Assembly (NCBI GenBank): GCA_019323555.1
Contig: JAHWHC010000014.1
Location: 1-51,051, forward strand
From: Candidatus Woesearchaeota archaeon
Lineage (GTDB): Archaea > Nanobdellota > Nanobdellia > Woesearchaeales > ARS49
DNA: 51,051 nucleotides
Direction: 5' to 3'
The notes under the pieces were generated by a model that ran no database searches, was not told where the DNA came from, and saw nothing but the letters and a program-made list of their open reading frames with translations. The translations under genes and the position numbers were made by a program. Shown in pieces: positions 8,859-17,953 of the stretch; position 1 is the first letter of the stretch; each line of letters begins with the position of its first letter.

Positions 8859-10223
8859 ATGTATAGGACAAATACCTGCGGAGAATTGAACAAGAAATTT
8901 GTTGGTAAAGAGGTAACTCTTGCTGGCTGGATAGATTCTCTCAGGATTCAGGGCAAGATTGGTTTTTTATTATTAAGAGACAGGTATGGTGTCACGCAGT
9001 TTTTTCTTAATCCTAAATTAGCTAAAGAATTCGGGCACTTGAAAAAAGAGTCTGTTATTCAAGTTAAAGGCAAAGTTAATGCTCGGCCAGAAAATCAGGT
9101 AAAGACAGATATGCCTACCGGCGAGGTTGAGGTAGAAGCGCAGGAAATCCTTGTTCTTAATGAAGCAGAGCCTCTTCCTTTAGATGTTGAAGAGACTACT
9201 GAGGAGACAAGATTAAAGTATAGGTATCTTGACTTGCGAAGGCCTGAGATGCAGAATAATCTGATAGTAAGATACAAATTGATCAAGGCAATGCGTGATT
9301 TTCTAGATAAAGAAGGTTTTGTTGAGATTGAAACTCCTGTTTTGTCTAAATCAACTCCAGAAGGTGCTCGTGATTATCTTGTTCCTAGCAGGGTTCACCA
9401 AGGAAAGTTTTACGCGCTTCCGCAGTCCCCGCAGCAGTACAAGCAGTTGTTGATGGTTTCTGGTTTTGATAAGTATTTTCAGATAGCTAGATGTTTCAGA
9501 GACGAGGATCTAAGGGCAGATAGGCAGCCAGAGTTTACTCAGCTTGATATGGAGATGAGTTTTATTGAAGAAAAAGATGTTTATCCTTTGATTGAAAACT
9601 TAGTTAAATACATCTGGAAAGCGATTCTTGGCAAGAGCCTTAAGACTCCTTTTCCAAGGATGTCTTATGCAGAGGCTATGAAAAAATACAAGACAGACGC
9701 TCCTGATTTGAGAAAGAAACAAGATTCAGACGAACATGCTTTTGTTTGGGTTACTGACATGCCTTTGCTTGAATACAATGAAGAAGATAAGAGGTATTAC
9801 GCAGTGCACCATCCTTTCACAAGTCCTATGGCAGAAGATATTGGTTTGCTTGAGAAAAGCCCTGATAAGGTTCGTGCTCATGCGTATGACCTTGTCTTGA
9901 ATGGAACTGAGATTGCAGGAGGTTCTATCAGGATGCACAGGGCTGATTGGCAGCAGAAGGTTTTCAAGGCCTTGAATATGCCTGAGAAAGAATTTAATGA
10001 AAAGTTCGGTCATTTGTTGAATGCTTTCAAGTATGGTGCGCCTCCTCACGGAGGAATTGCTTTTGGTCTTGACAGGTTGGCTGCAATAATTACAAAAAAT
10101 GAGTCTATTAGAGAAGTCATTGCTTTCCCCAAGACAAAGACTGCAGAGTCTTTGATGGAAGAGAGCCCTTCTGAAGTTTCTAATGATCAATTGAAAGAAT
10201 TAAATCTAAAGATTGGAAAGTGA
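8859..10223 (+). CDS. aspS: Aspartate--tRNA ligase, bacterial-type catalytic core without the GAD insertion domain
   Basis: Bacterial-type motif 2 block YFQIARCFRDEDLRADRQPEFTQLDMEMSF, plus HHPFTSP, GGSIRMH, PPHGGIAFGLDRL and IAFPKT. It is only 454 aa: DAPDLRKKQDSDEHAFVWVTDMPLLE joins the two flanks where the GAD domain normally sits. Confidence 0.85.
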   Translation: MYRTNTCGELNKKFVGKEVTLAGWIDSLRIQGKIGFLLLRDRYGVTQFFLNPKLAKEFGHLKKESVIQVKGKVNARPENQVKTDMPTGEVEVEAQEILVLNEAEPLPLDVEETTEETRLKYRYLDLRRPEMQNNLIVRYKLIKAMRDFLDKEGFVEIETPVLSKSTPEGARDYLVPSRVHQGKFYALPQSPQQYKQLLMVSGFDKYFQIARCFRDEDLRADRQPEFTQLDMEMSFIEEKDVYPLIENLVKYIWKAILGKSLKTPFPRMSYAEAMKKYKTDAPDLRKKQDSDEHAFVWVTDMPLLEYNEEDKRYYAVHHPFTSPMAEDIGLLEKSPDKVRAHAYDLVLNGTEIAGGSIRMHRADWQQKVFKALNMPEKEFNEKFGHLLNAFKYGAPPHGGIAFGLDRLAAIITKNESIREVIAFPKTKTAESLMEESPSEVSNDQLKELNLKIGK

Positions 10224-11297
10224 TTTCTTAAACTCCTCAAACTTCCCTTCTTTAATACTTGCTCTTATTCTTCGCATGAACTCCTGCATCCAAGAGACAT
10301 TATGGATAGTCTTCAATGTATGTCCTGTTGGTTCATTTAATCGAGTAAGATGATGCAAATATGCTCTTGTAAAATTCTTGCAGGTAAAACATCCACATTC
10401 TGAATCAATTGGTTTTTCATCTAGTTCAAATTCTTTTTTGTCAATGTTTATCTGGCCTTTCCAGGTGAACATTGTTCCATTGCGCGCAGTCATTGTAGGG
10501 TAGCGGGAATCAAAGCAGTCAACACCCATGCTAACTGCCTCTAGGATCAAGCCAGGTGTTCCAACACCCATCAGATATCTTGGTTTTTCTTTAGGCACGA
10601 ATTTGATTGCAGCTTCAACAGCAGCAAATGTCTCTTCAGGCGGTTCTCCTATTGCCAGCCCCCCGAATGCATAGCCGTCAAAGTCTAGTGCAACTATTGC
10701 TCGTGCACAGAACTCCCGAAGATCTGGGTATGTTCCTCCCTGTATTATCCCAAATAACAGTTGTTTGTCTTTTATTTTGTCGTGATGTTCTTTGCATCTC
10801 TTTGCCCATTTTATTGTTTTCAGTACAGATTCTTGTATTCTTTCTTTGTCAGAGCCGTAAACTGGCATGTCGTCAAGGCACATTGCAACATCGCTTCCAA
10901 TTGTATTCTGCATGTCCATGTCTTTTTCAGGTGTTATCAATAATTTGCTGCCATGAAAAGGCTCTTTGAAGTGTATGCCTTCCTCTGTTGTCTTTTCCAG
11001 TAATTTGTCAGAGTACATCTGGAATCCTCCAGAATCAGTAAAAATAACGCCGTTGTAATTGATGAACTTGTGTATTCCTCCCATCTTTCTTAGAACAGTT
11101 AGTCCTGGTTTCACAGAGAGGATGAACCCATTGCATATTATCGCGTCTGAGCCAATCTGCTCTAGCTCTTTGTTGTTGATGAATTTTGCAGCCCCTTTTG
11201 TGACCACAGGCATGAAGAAAGGTGTCTCTACCTCTTTGCCATCTATTTTTAGTTTTCCTGCTCTTGCATTTCCCTGTTCTGCAATTATCTCAAACAT
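10206..11297 (-). CDS. tgt: tRNA-guanine transglycosylase family protein (catalytic domain only, no PUA/C-terminal domains)
   Basis: TPFFMPV, FTDSGGFQ, LFGIIQGG, GGLAIGE, PRYLMGVGTP and zinc site CGCFTCKNFTRAYLHHL. The start is set at ATG 11297 (MFEIIAEQG), because a minus-strand TATA (11319-11329) is centred 27 nt upstream. Confidence 0.8.
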   Translation of the reverse strand: MFEIIAEQGNARAGKLKIDGKEVETPFFMPVVTKGAAKFINNKELEQIGSDAIICNGFILSVKPGLTVLRKMGGIHKFINYNGVIFTDSGGFQMYSDKLLEKTTEEGIHFKEPFHGSKLLITPEKDMDMQNTIGSDVAMCLDDMPVYGSDKERIQESVLKTIKWAKRCKEHHDKIKDKQLLFGIIQGGTYPDLREFCARAIVALDFDGYAFGGLAIGEPPEETFAAVEAAIKFVPKEKPRYLMGVGTPGLILEAVSMGVDCFDSRYPTMTARNGTMFTWKGQINIDKKEFELDEKPIDSECGCFTCKNFTRAYLHHLTRLNEPTGHTLKTIHNVSWMQEFMRRIRASIKEGKFEEFKKSLSNL

Positions 11298-11369
11298 AGA
11301 ATTAAAGAAGGCATATTTCCTTAAAAAGGTAACGTAACATATATAAAGGCAAGACATTTTTTAGAGGGT

Positions 11370-12668
11370 ATGACTAATTTCCTTACAGTCAAGGAAGCTA
11401 TGGAAAAAGGCAAGGGCAAGGTAGCTCTGAGAGGCTGGGTCTGGAGAGAAAGAAAATCCAATGCTTATGCTTTTATTGTTCTTAGGGATCACACTGACGT
11501 TATTCAGTGTGTTATTGAGAAAGACAAGGTTAGTAAAAATATCTGGGAAGATACTGAAAAACTTGCAATTGAGTCCAGCATAGAGCTAGAAGGCACAATT
11601 AAGGAAGACAAGAGGGCGCCTACTGGTTATGAGGTTCATGTTGATAAGCTAAATGTCGTGCAGTTTGCAGAGAGATTTCCTATTGTGAAGGACCAAAGCC
11701 CTGAATTTTTGTTAGATAACAGGCATCTCTGGATTAGGTCCAGGAAGATGGTTGCAATAATGAAGATTCGTTCCACTGTCACAGGCGCGATTCATAAGTT
11801 TTTCAGGGACCAGGGTTACATAGAGTTCACTCCGCCAATCTTTCAGCCCACTCAATCAGAGGGCGGCTCAACTTTGTTTGAGGTAAAGTACTTCAAGGAA
11901 ACAACTTACCTTTCACAGACCTGGCAGTTATATGCAGAAGCTGCTGTTTTTGCTTTAGGGAAGATATATGATGTCTCTCCTACTTTTCGTGCAGAAAAAT
12001 CAAAGACCTCAAGGCATTTAACTGAATTCTGGATGGCTGAGATGGAGGCTGCCTGGATGAAGTTAGAGGAAGTCACAGAGGTTGCTAAAGAAGAGATTCG
12101 TTTCATAATCAAGGAAGTTCTAAAAAATAATACGGAAGAATTAAAATTACTAGAGCGGGATACAAAGCTTCTTGAGCATTATGCCAAGGCAAAGTATCCT
12201 ACAATAACATACGATGAAGCCCTGAAAATTCTAAAAGAAAAATACAAGATGAAGATCCCTTGGGGCAAGGATTTGAGGACTTTAGAAGAAGACAAGATCA
12301 CAAAGCATTATGGCGTGCCTGTCGTGGTAACGCATTACCCTACTGAGACAATGGCTTTCTACAAGCCGCCAGAGAAAGATAATCCCAAGACCGCAAGGTG
12401 TTTTGACATGCTTGCGCCAGAGGGCTATGTGGAGATTGTGGGCGGTTCTGAGAGAAGTCTTGACGTCAAGGATATGACTAAGCGTTTGAAAGCAATGGGT
12501 GAAGATCCCAAGAATTATTCCTGGTATTTTGATTTACGTAAATTTGGTTCAGTTCCTCATTCAGGCTATGGGGTGGGAGTTGAAAGGGTCGTTGCATGGA
12601 TATGTGGATTAGAGAACATAAAAGATGCAATTCCCTTTCCTAGGACTATGCTGAGAAAAAGTCCTTAA
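11370..12668 (+). CDS. asnS: Asparagine--tRNA ligase
   Basis: Class IIb synthetase: FRAEKSKTSRHLTEFWMAEME, GGSERS, YSWYFDLRKFGSVPHSGYGVGVERV and PFPR. Confidence 0.75.
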   Translation: MTNFLTVKEAMEKGKGKVALRGWVWRERKSNAYAFIVLRDHTDVIQCVIEKDKVSKNIWEDTEKLAIESSIELEGTIKEDKRAPTGYEVHVDKLNVVQFAERFPIVKDQSPEFLLDNRHLWIRSRKMVAIMKIRSTVTGAIHKFFRDQGYIEFTPPIFQPTQSEGGSTLFEVKYFKETTYLSQTWQLYAEAAVFALGKIYDVSPTFRAEKSKTSRHLTEFWMAEMEAAWMKLEEVTEVAKEEIRFIIKEVLKNNTEELKLLERDTKLLEHYAKAKYPTITYDEALKILKEKYKMKIPWGKDLRTLEEDKITKHYGVPVVVTHYPTETMAFYKPPEKDNPKTARCFDMLAPEGYVEIVGGSERSLDVKDMTKRLKAMGEDPKNYSWYFDLRKFGSVPHSGYGVGVERVVAWICGLENIKDAIPFPRTMLRKSP

Positions 12669-12679
12669 TTGTAGGTACA

Positions 12680-13540
12680 ATGATAGAAGAACTTGTTGCA
12701 GTCTACTTGATACACTTATCTTATTTTGCTCTAGTTTTTATTCCAGTCATCTCAAGCCTTGGTTTCCCGTTTTCAGAAGAACTGGTTCTTTTAGGCGCAG
12801 GTTATCTTGCTTCTACTGGTTTCATACGCTGGGATCTTGGTATCTTGCTGGTGTTCATCGGGGTTGTTGCAGGCGATAATGCTGCGTACTTTATTGGCTG
12901 GCAGGGCGGCAAGCTTTTTGATTACGTTGTTCCTGAGAGAAGGCTCAGAAAGGCAAGGAAATTTGTGGACAAGTACGGTGCAAAAGCGGTGTTTATTTCA
13001 CGGTTTATTATTGGTGTCAGGTGGCTTGTCCCGATTATTGCAGGCGCCTCAAGAATGAAGTACAGTAAATTCTTTTTTTACAATACCCTTGGTGCAGTTA
13101 TTGTTGTTCCTCTTGGCATGGGCCTTGGCTATTTTATTGGCATGAGCATGGACCAGCTTATCAATTTTACACAAGAACTTAACATAATTATTCTTGTCTC
13201 TGTCCTGCTTTTGCTGCTCACTGCTGCGATTTTTGTTTGTTTGTACAGGAGGTATATCCGGACAAAGATTCGTGAGAGTAATTTTTATGATGCTTGGCTC
13301 AAGAAAGGGGAAGAGCCTTACCAGGTGGTCACTTTGGGAAATCCTGATTCCTCTGCACGGCAGCTTCTTGCTAAGATCCGTACTTGTGACGGCAAAGTGA
13401 GCTGCATGATAAGTGATGTTAGGCGGGGTTCTGTGAAAAGATTTATAAAGTTAAAGCCGTGGTTCTCTCTCAGGGCTTATCAGCGCTTTGTCAAGACTTT
13501 TGCAAGAAAGCGCAGGCATAAGGTTGAGAAATGGGAATAA
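12680..13540 (+). CDS. DedA/SNARE-associated family membrane protein with about 100-aa basic C-terminal extension
   Basis: LLGAGYLA...GDNAAYFIGWQGG...FISRFIIGVRWLVPIIAG pattern typical of DedA. Confidence 0.65.
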   Translation: MIEELVAVYLIHLSYFALVFIPVISSLGFPFSEELVLLGAGYLASTGFIRWDLGILLVFIGVVAGDNAAYFIGWQGGKLFDYVVPERRLRKARKFVDKYGAKAVFISRFIIGVRWLVPIIAGASRMKYSKFFFYNTLGAVIVVPLGMGLGYFIGMSMDQLINFTQELNIIILVSVLLLLLTAAIFVCLYRRYIRTKIRESNFYDAWLKKGEEPYQVVTLGNPDSSARQLLAKIRTCDGKVSCMISDVRRGSVKRFIKLKPWFSLRAYQRFVKTFARKRRHKVEKWE

Positions 13541-14202
13541 AGAAGATTATTGGTTTTGATTTTGATGGTTCTGTCATTCGTTCTATTGCTAGTGATGAGG
13601 CTCATTATGAGTGGTTTAAGGTTATGAGTGTTCTATTGAAAGATCCTAAAGTTAAGAAACTTGCAGGCAAGAAAGATTATTTTCCAGATGTCTATAGATT
13701 AATGCAAAAGTATACTGGATTAAGCATTAAAAATGCTTTTGAGAAAGAGGTCAGCACACGGCTTGCAAGAAATTTATACCAGCTTGCTATGCTTGGTCCT
13801 GCTAACAAGCACAAAAAGAAGCTGCTGTTCAAGGATGTTGCTAAAGTAATACTTCAATTAAAAAAGAAATACTGTGTTGCATTGATCACAACTGTTCCTG
13901 GTGATGTTGTCCTGCCTATGCTTAAATTAATTGATTTTGATAAGTTTGATATTGTTCACACAACTGCGATTAATGAAAGACCCTCTAAACTAATTGCTTT
14001 GAAGCGATTCTCTAAAAAATACAAAAAGCCCGCAGTATACATCGGCAACACCATAGAAGACATCGCGGCGTGTAAAAAACTGAAGATTAAGTCTATCCTT
14101 GTTACCTGGGGCAAGTATGATAAAGAAGCAGTTCACAAGGCAGATTATGTTGCGCAGAATGCAGAAGAGCTTAAGAAAATAATAGATCACCTAAATCTCT
14201 AA
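13531..14202 (+). CDS. HAD-superfamily hydrolase
   Basis: Motif I IIGFDFDGSVI and a C-terminal IGNTIEDIAA block. 10-nt overlap with the dedA-like gene. Confidence 0.6.
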   Translation: MGIKKIIGFDFDGSVIRSIASDEAHYEWFKVMSVLLKDPKVKKLAGKKDYFPDVYRLMQKYTGLSIKNAFEKEVSTRLARNLYQLAMLGPANKHKKKLLFKDVAKVILQLKKKYCVALITTVPGDVVLPMLKLIDFDKFDIVHTTAINERPSKLIALKRFSKKYKKPAVYIGNTIEDIAACKKLKIKSILVTWGKYDKEAVHKADYVAQNAEELKKIIDHLNL

Positions 14203-15396
14203 TAGTATGTCCACATCTGTTTTAACTCTTTGTTCAAAGTCTGCAGTCTTCTCTCCTTCCTCTTTCTCTACAGATAATAATCTTATCAGTTCTGCTGTTA
14301 GTTCTTTCTCTTTTTCAGTCTCAAACACCCCTAATTGTCCAGAGTGTTCATTTATTGCAGCTTCCTCTATCTCATCTACAGAGCTCTTGCTTGTCTTTAT
14401 CTCCTCAAATTCTTTTGATACTAACTTATTGGTGTTCTTCATCACAAAGTATGCTCCGGAGGAATATGCTTTGTTAAAAAACTCTTTAAACTTTATGTCG
14501 CTTGGTTTTCCTGTTCTCAAGCATCCTGCAATCCTTAATGTGATTATTGCATCTTTTACTTCTCCTGTTAGCAGGCTCATTAACTCGTCATTTGCCTCTT
14601 CAGGTGTTTTGTTCTCTGCATTCAGTTCATGACTGATGACTCTGTGCGGCTCTATCTTCAGGTGCTGTACATGGCCGTTGTCTACAATTACAAAGCTTCC
14701 TTTCTTGAGTTTCTCCAGCTCTGAGAAGGAGTTGGGGTATATCGGGCCAGGATAGACTATGTTTTCATATCCTGCTATGTTCACTTTGTCTATTATGTGG
14801 ACGTGCCCGCCTGCATAATAATTAAAGTTCTTTGGCAGCAATGATACTGGCATTGCATCCATCTTCTCTAGTTCTTTTGGTTTAAGCTCTGAGAGTGCAG
14901 AGTGGAACAAGAATATCTTGTATCTTGTCTCTTTTTCTTCAAGGTGTTTTCTTTCCAGATGGTAGAAGTAATTTTTTTCTAGTCCTCCCTTTTTCCCGAG
15001 CAGGCCCGTTATCTTTATTTTTGTCTTGGGGTCTACCACAAAATCTAGTTTTAATTTTCCATCCACCTCTTGTCCCGTGCAAACGTTTTTCATAAGCCCT
15101 GCACTCTCAAGCACCTCTAATATTGTTTTGCCAGAAGAACTGAAGTCATGACTTCCAGGAATAGAATATACTGGGATGTTTTTATCAGCAAGCTGTTTCA
15201 GTTTCTCTACAACTGTCCTTAGGCAGTCTATAGGGGGCATTGCTGTGTTGAACAAGTCTCCGGATAATAATACAAAATCTACTCCTGCCTTTAGGCAGTA
15301 GTCTACTACAGAAACAAATGATTTAGTATTGACTGCCCTTAGTTTTGGTTCACGCCACCCGCCTACATGACAGTCTGCTATATGTGCAAACTTCAT
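14191..15396 (-). CDS. mre11: Mre11-type DNA repair nuclease (calcineurin-like phosphoesterase)
   Basis: FAHIADCHVG, LLSGDLFN, IPGSHDF and AGGHVH phosphoesterase motifs. Immediately downstream of herA. Confidence 0.8.
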   Translation of the reverse strand: MKFAHIADCHVGGWREPKLRAVNTKSFVSVVDYCLKAGVDFVLLSGDLFNTAMPPIDCLRTVVEKLKQLADKNIPVYSIPGSHDFSSSGKTILEVLESAGLMKNVCTGQEVDGKLKLDFVVDPKTKIKITGLLGKKGGLEKNYFYHLERKHLEEKETRYKIFLFHSALSELKPKELEKMDAMPVSLLPKNFNYYAGGHVHIIDKVNIAGYENIVYPGPIYPNSFSELEKLKKGSFVIVDNGHVQHLKIEPHRVISHELNAENKTPEEANDELMSLLTGEVKDAIITLRIAGCLRTGKPSDIKFKEFFNKAYSSGAYFVMKNTNKLVSKEFEEIKTSKSSVDEIEEAAINEHSGQLGVFETEKEKELTAELIRLLSVEKEEGEKTADFEQRVKTDVDILLEI

Positions 15397-15447
15397 GCAG
15401 TATGAAATGTCTTGGAGCTTTTTAAATTTTTATTGCCTGCAAAATAA

Positions 15448-16968
15448 TCAATGCAGTTTAACTCCTGAGAACTCCTGTTTTACCTCTTGTTTTTTCTTTA
15501 CAATGTCATCGAAAAAAGGTATTGTGACAGGTATTGCGAATTTTGCAAAGTTAGAGCTCACTATGGCCTCTCCGATATCCAGGGAAGCTATGTTTCTTTC
15601 GTCAGAGCTTAGGTCTTGTGCAGCACTCTCTATTATTGCCTGCCTCTCTGGCTTTAGCTCTATGCCTAGTATTATTTTTGTGTTCATGTTTGCCAGTATC
15701 TCTCTGGGTATGAGGCTTGGCAGCTGCGTTATTGCTGTCAGCCCTATCTTGAACTTTCTTCCCTCTCTTGCTATTGTTGAGAATACATTTGCTCCTCTCT
15801 CCAGCGCCTCTTTCCCAAGCACCCGCGGAGCCTCCTCCAATACTATGGATATCACTGGTTTTTGTTTGAGCTCGTCTGATTTGGAATTTTTGTGCTTGTC
15901 AAGTGCATTTGTTGCAATCACGCTTCCGATCAGTATCTCTACTGCGCCGGAAAATTCTGACGTGTCGATTACAACAGTCTTTCTTTCCTCTAGCTCTGTG
16001 ATTATGTCTGTGATTGTTGCCTGTCCTGCATCTGTGTCAAATATTCCTTTGCAGGCGATCTCTTCATTCTCTACATTCAGGTGCAGTATCTGAAGCAGTC
16101 TTCTGCGTACGACGTCTGTTGTTGCCTCTATGAATTTTACCTCTAGTGGTTTCTCCAGGACTATTGCAGATATCCACTCCGCCCCGTATTTCCGGTAATA
16201 TGCAGACATTGCCTGCTTCTGTGCATCGCTCCAGTATGCTACGCCGTTGAAATGATTTGGCTTTAGTGTCCTTAAGTTTATTTTTAGTGTCTTGCATCCT
16301 GCAGGCGGGCTGCGCGGCGTGTAATAAACCAGTTTCTCTTTTGCTTGCGGATGATCCTTCAGTCCTAATTTGTTTCTTCCGTAGTATTCGTCGTGCGGGT
16401 CCAGCACTAAAAAACTGCAGTACTCCTGGTCAATTGTGTGCCACAGTAAATTGCTCATCAAGACGCTTTTTCCTCTCCCTGTTGTTCCGGAGATCAATAT
16501 GTGGTGGCTCAATACTTTATTTCCGTCCAGGTATATGGGCAGCGCCAGTGTTTTTGTTCCGCTCCTGAGGTTTCCTATAAAGAATTGGCTGTTTGTTTTT
16601 GTCAAAAGAAAAGTAAAATCATCAGCATTGACTTCTCTTACAGATGAAAAAAAGCTTGGGAGGGTTTTTGGGGCGATTGCCTTGTTGTCCTGTATCGTTA
16701 CCAGGCTCTTGATTTTTGCGAGTGTGTAATTCCTTAGGTTCGCATCCATTATCTCCATGTCAGAGTCTTCCTCTAATCTTAGGCCAGAGACCAGCTCAAG
16801 GTTTTGCTGGCTTAGCTGTGATCCATAAACAAGATCAAATACCTGAAAAAGTATTTTTTGGTTTCCTGATTCTGCAATCAGCAGTTCCCCTAGTTCAAGC
16901 TTCTTGCCTGCCTTCTCTCTGACAATAATGCTTCCAAACTCTCCCGAAATAACCAGACCCTTAGTCAT
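15448..16968 (-). CDS. herA: HerA-type hexameric ATPase/helicase
   Basis: N-terminal barrel-like segment ([16 protein letters not shown]...GELLIAE) and Walker [13 protein letters not shown]. Paired with mre11. A minus-strand TATA at 16991-17004 sits about 27 nt upstream of the ATG. Confidence 0.8.
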   Translation of the reverse strand: MTKGLVISGEFGSIIVREKAGKKLELGELLIAESGNQKILFQVFDLVYGSQLSQQNLELVSGLRLEEDSDMEIMDANLRNYTLAKIKSLVTIQDNKAIAPKTLPSFFSSVREVNADDFTFLLTKTNSQFFIGNLRSGTKTLALPIYLDGNKVLSHHILISGTTGRGKSVLMSNLLWHTIDQEYCSFLVLDPHDEYYGRNKLGLKDHPQAKEKLVYYTPRSPPAGCKTLKINLRTLKPNHFNGVAYWSDAQKQAMSAYYRKYGAEWISAIVLEKPLEVKFIEATTDVVRRRLLQILHLNVENEEIACKGIFDTDAGQATITDIITELEERKTVVIDTSEFSGAVEILIGSVIATNALDKHKNSKSDELKQKPVISIVLEEAPRVLGKEALERGANVFSTIAREGRKFKIGLTAITQLPSLIPREILANMNTKIILGIELKPERQAIIESAAQDLSSDERNIASLDIGEAIVSSNFAKFAIPVTIPFFDDIVKKKQEVKQEFSGVKLH

Positions 16969-17156
16969 TAAGCAGGGGATTGTTCAGGATTTTATAAATA
17001 TTTATGTAATCCAGTTTAAACAATAAGCTTTTGTATTTTTTATTTGAATTTATTGTGCAAAAGCTTATGTTACGAGGCTTTTGTCTAATTTTTATACACA
17101 ACACAAAAGTAGAGTAAACAAAAAAGTTTATATATCTGTCAAGTAAAAATACGGTC

Positions 17157-17423
17157 ATGGGAAAATATACTGAGAAAAAAGAAGTCAAAGAGGCTCTTAA
17201 GAAAGCAAAAGAGCTTGAGAAAGAGCGCATCCTGACTCCTAAAGAGGAAGTGGGTGTCCAAAAAGAGGCTGTTTCTCTTTCTGAAAAACTGAAGAGGCTG
17301 CTTAAGCCGGAGTGGTTTGTTAAGGACGTGCACAAGAGAAAGTCTGCTGGAAAAATAACAAAGCCTGCTAAGAAGAAAGCAGTGAAAAAGACCAGGAAAC
17401 AGACGAAAAAGAAGAAGAAATAG
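17157..17423 (+). CDS. Small lysine-rich protein (88 aa), unknown function
   Basis: ORF MGKYTEKKEVKEALKKAKELEKE...KPAKKKAVKKTRKQTKKKKK. The TATA tttatatat (17127-17135) is centred about 26 nt upstream of the ATG, implying a leaderless mRNA. Confidence 0.6.
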   Translation: MGKYTEKKEVKEALKKAKELEKERILTPKEEVGVQKEAVSLSEKLKRLLKPEWFVKDVHKRKSAGKITKPAKKKAVKKTRKQTKKKKK

Positions 17424-17541
17424 TCGAAAAGTTTATAAACTAGAAGTCTTTTAATACCAGAATTCAGGTGATTTATCGTCTGAAAAGGGTTCAGGGGTTT
17501 CATGCTCCGAATTCAAAAATAAAAAGAGGAGGGTAACTAAA

Positions 17542-17841
17542 ATGGCAGAAAAAGTAGCTAAAGTTGGTGTAAAGAAAGCTGCTGGATATCTATATTTTGT
17601 AGACAAAAATGGTGATGTATCCAGAGCTAAAATGGCTAGGGGCCGCAAGAAAGGAGCTAAAAAGATTGAGAAAGTAGCTAAAGTCGGCGTAAAGAAAGTA
17701 AAGGGATACCTATACTTTATTGATGGAAAAGGAGACGTCTCAAGAGCAAAAATGGCTCGCGGCGGCAGAAAAAAGAAGGCTAAAAAGAAGAAAGTAAAGA
17801 AGAAAAAAGCCAAGAAAAAAGCTAAAAAGAAAAAGAAATAA
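17542..17841 (+). CDS. Small basic protein with two 40-aa tandem repeats and a poly-Lys tail; candidate nucleic-acid-binding protein
   Basis: Strong SD gaggaggg. The repeat EKVAKVGVKK..GYLYF(V/I)D..GDVSRAKMARG occurs twice, followed by KKKAKKKKVKKKKAKKKAKKKKK. Confidence 0.7.
   Translation: MAEKVAKVGVKKAAGYLYFVDKNGDVSRAKMARGRKKGAKKIEKVAKVGVKKVKGYLYFIDGKGDVSRAKMARGGRKKKAKKKKVKKKKAKKKAKKKKK
17548..17787 (+). repeat. In-frame 120-nt tandem duplication (2 copies) inside the basic protein gene
   Basis: The copies start at 17548 (gaaaaagtagctaaagttggtgtaaagaaa) and 17668 (gagaaagtagctaaagtcggcgtaaagaaa). They have diverged mostly at synonymous positions. Confidence 0.8.
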
Positions 17842-17953
17842 ATCTTTTCTTTCTAATTCTTTTTTTTTATGATTTTTTTATATTCCCTGTAATAGAAAAG
17901 TATATAAACTAATTCAGTAAACAGAAGATATAGTAATAAAATAGGTGGTTTGA

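Noticed and set aside
16961-17813. Minus-strand ORFs 16961-17503 and 17451-17813 (Phe-rich).
   Set aside because: They are mirror images of the AAG/AAA-rich lysine codons of the plus-strand basic protein genes. The plus-strand genes have TATA or SD signals and selection-like synonymous divergence between repeats.
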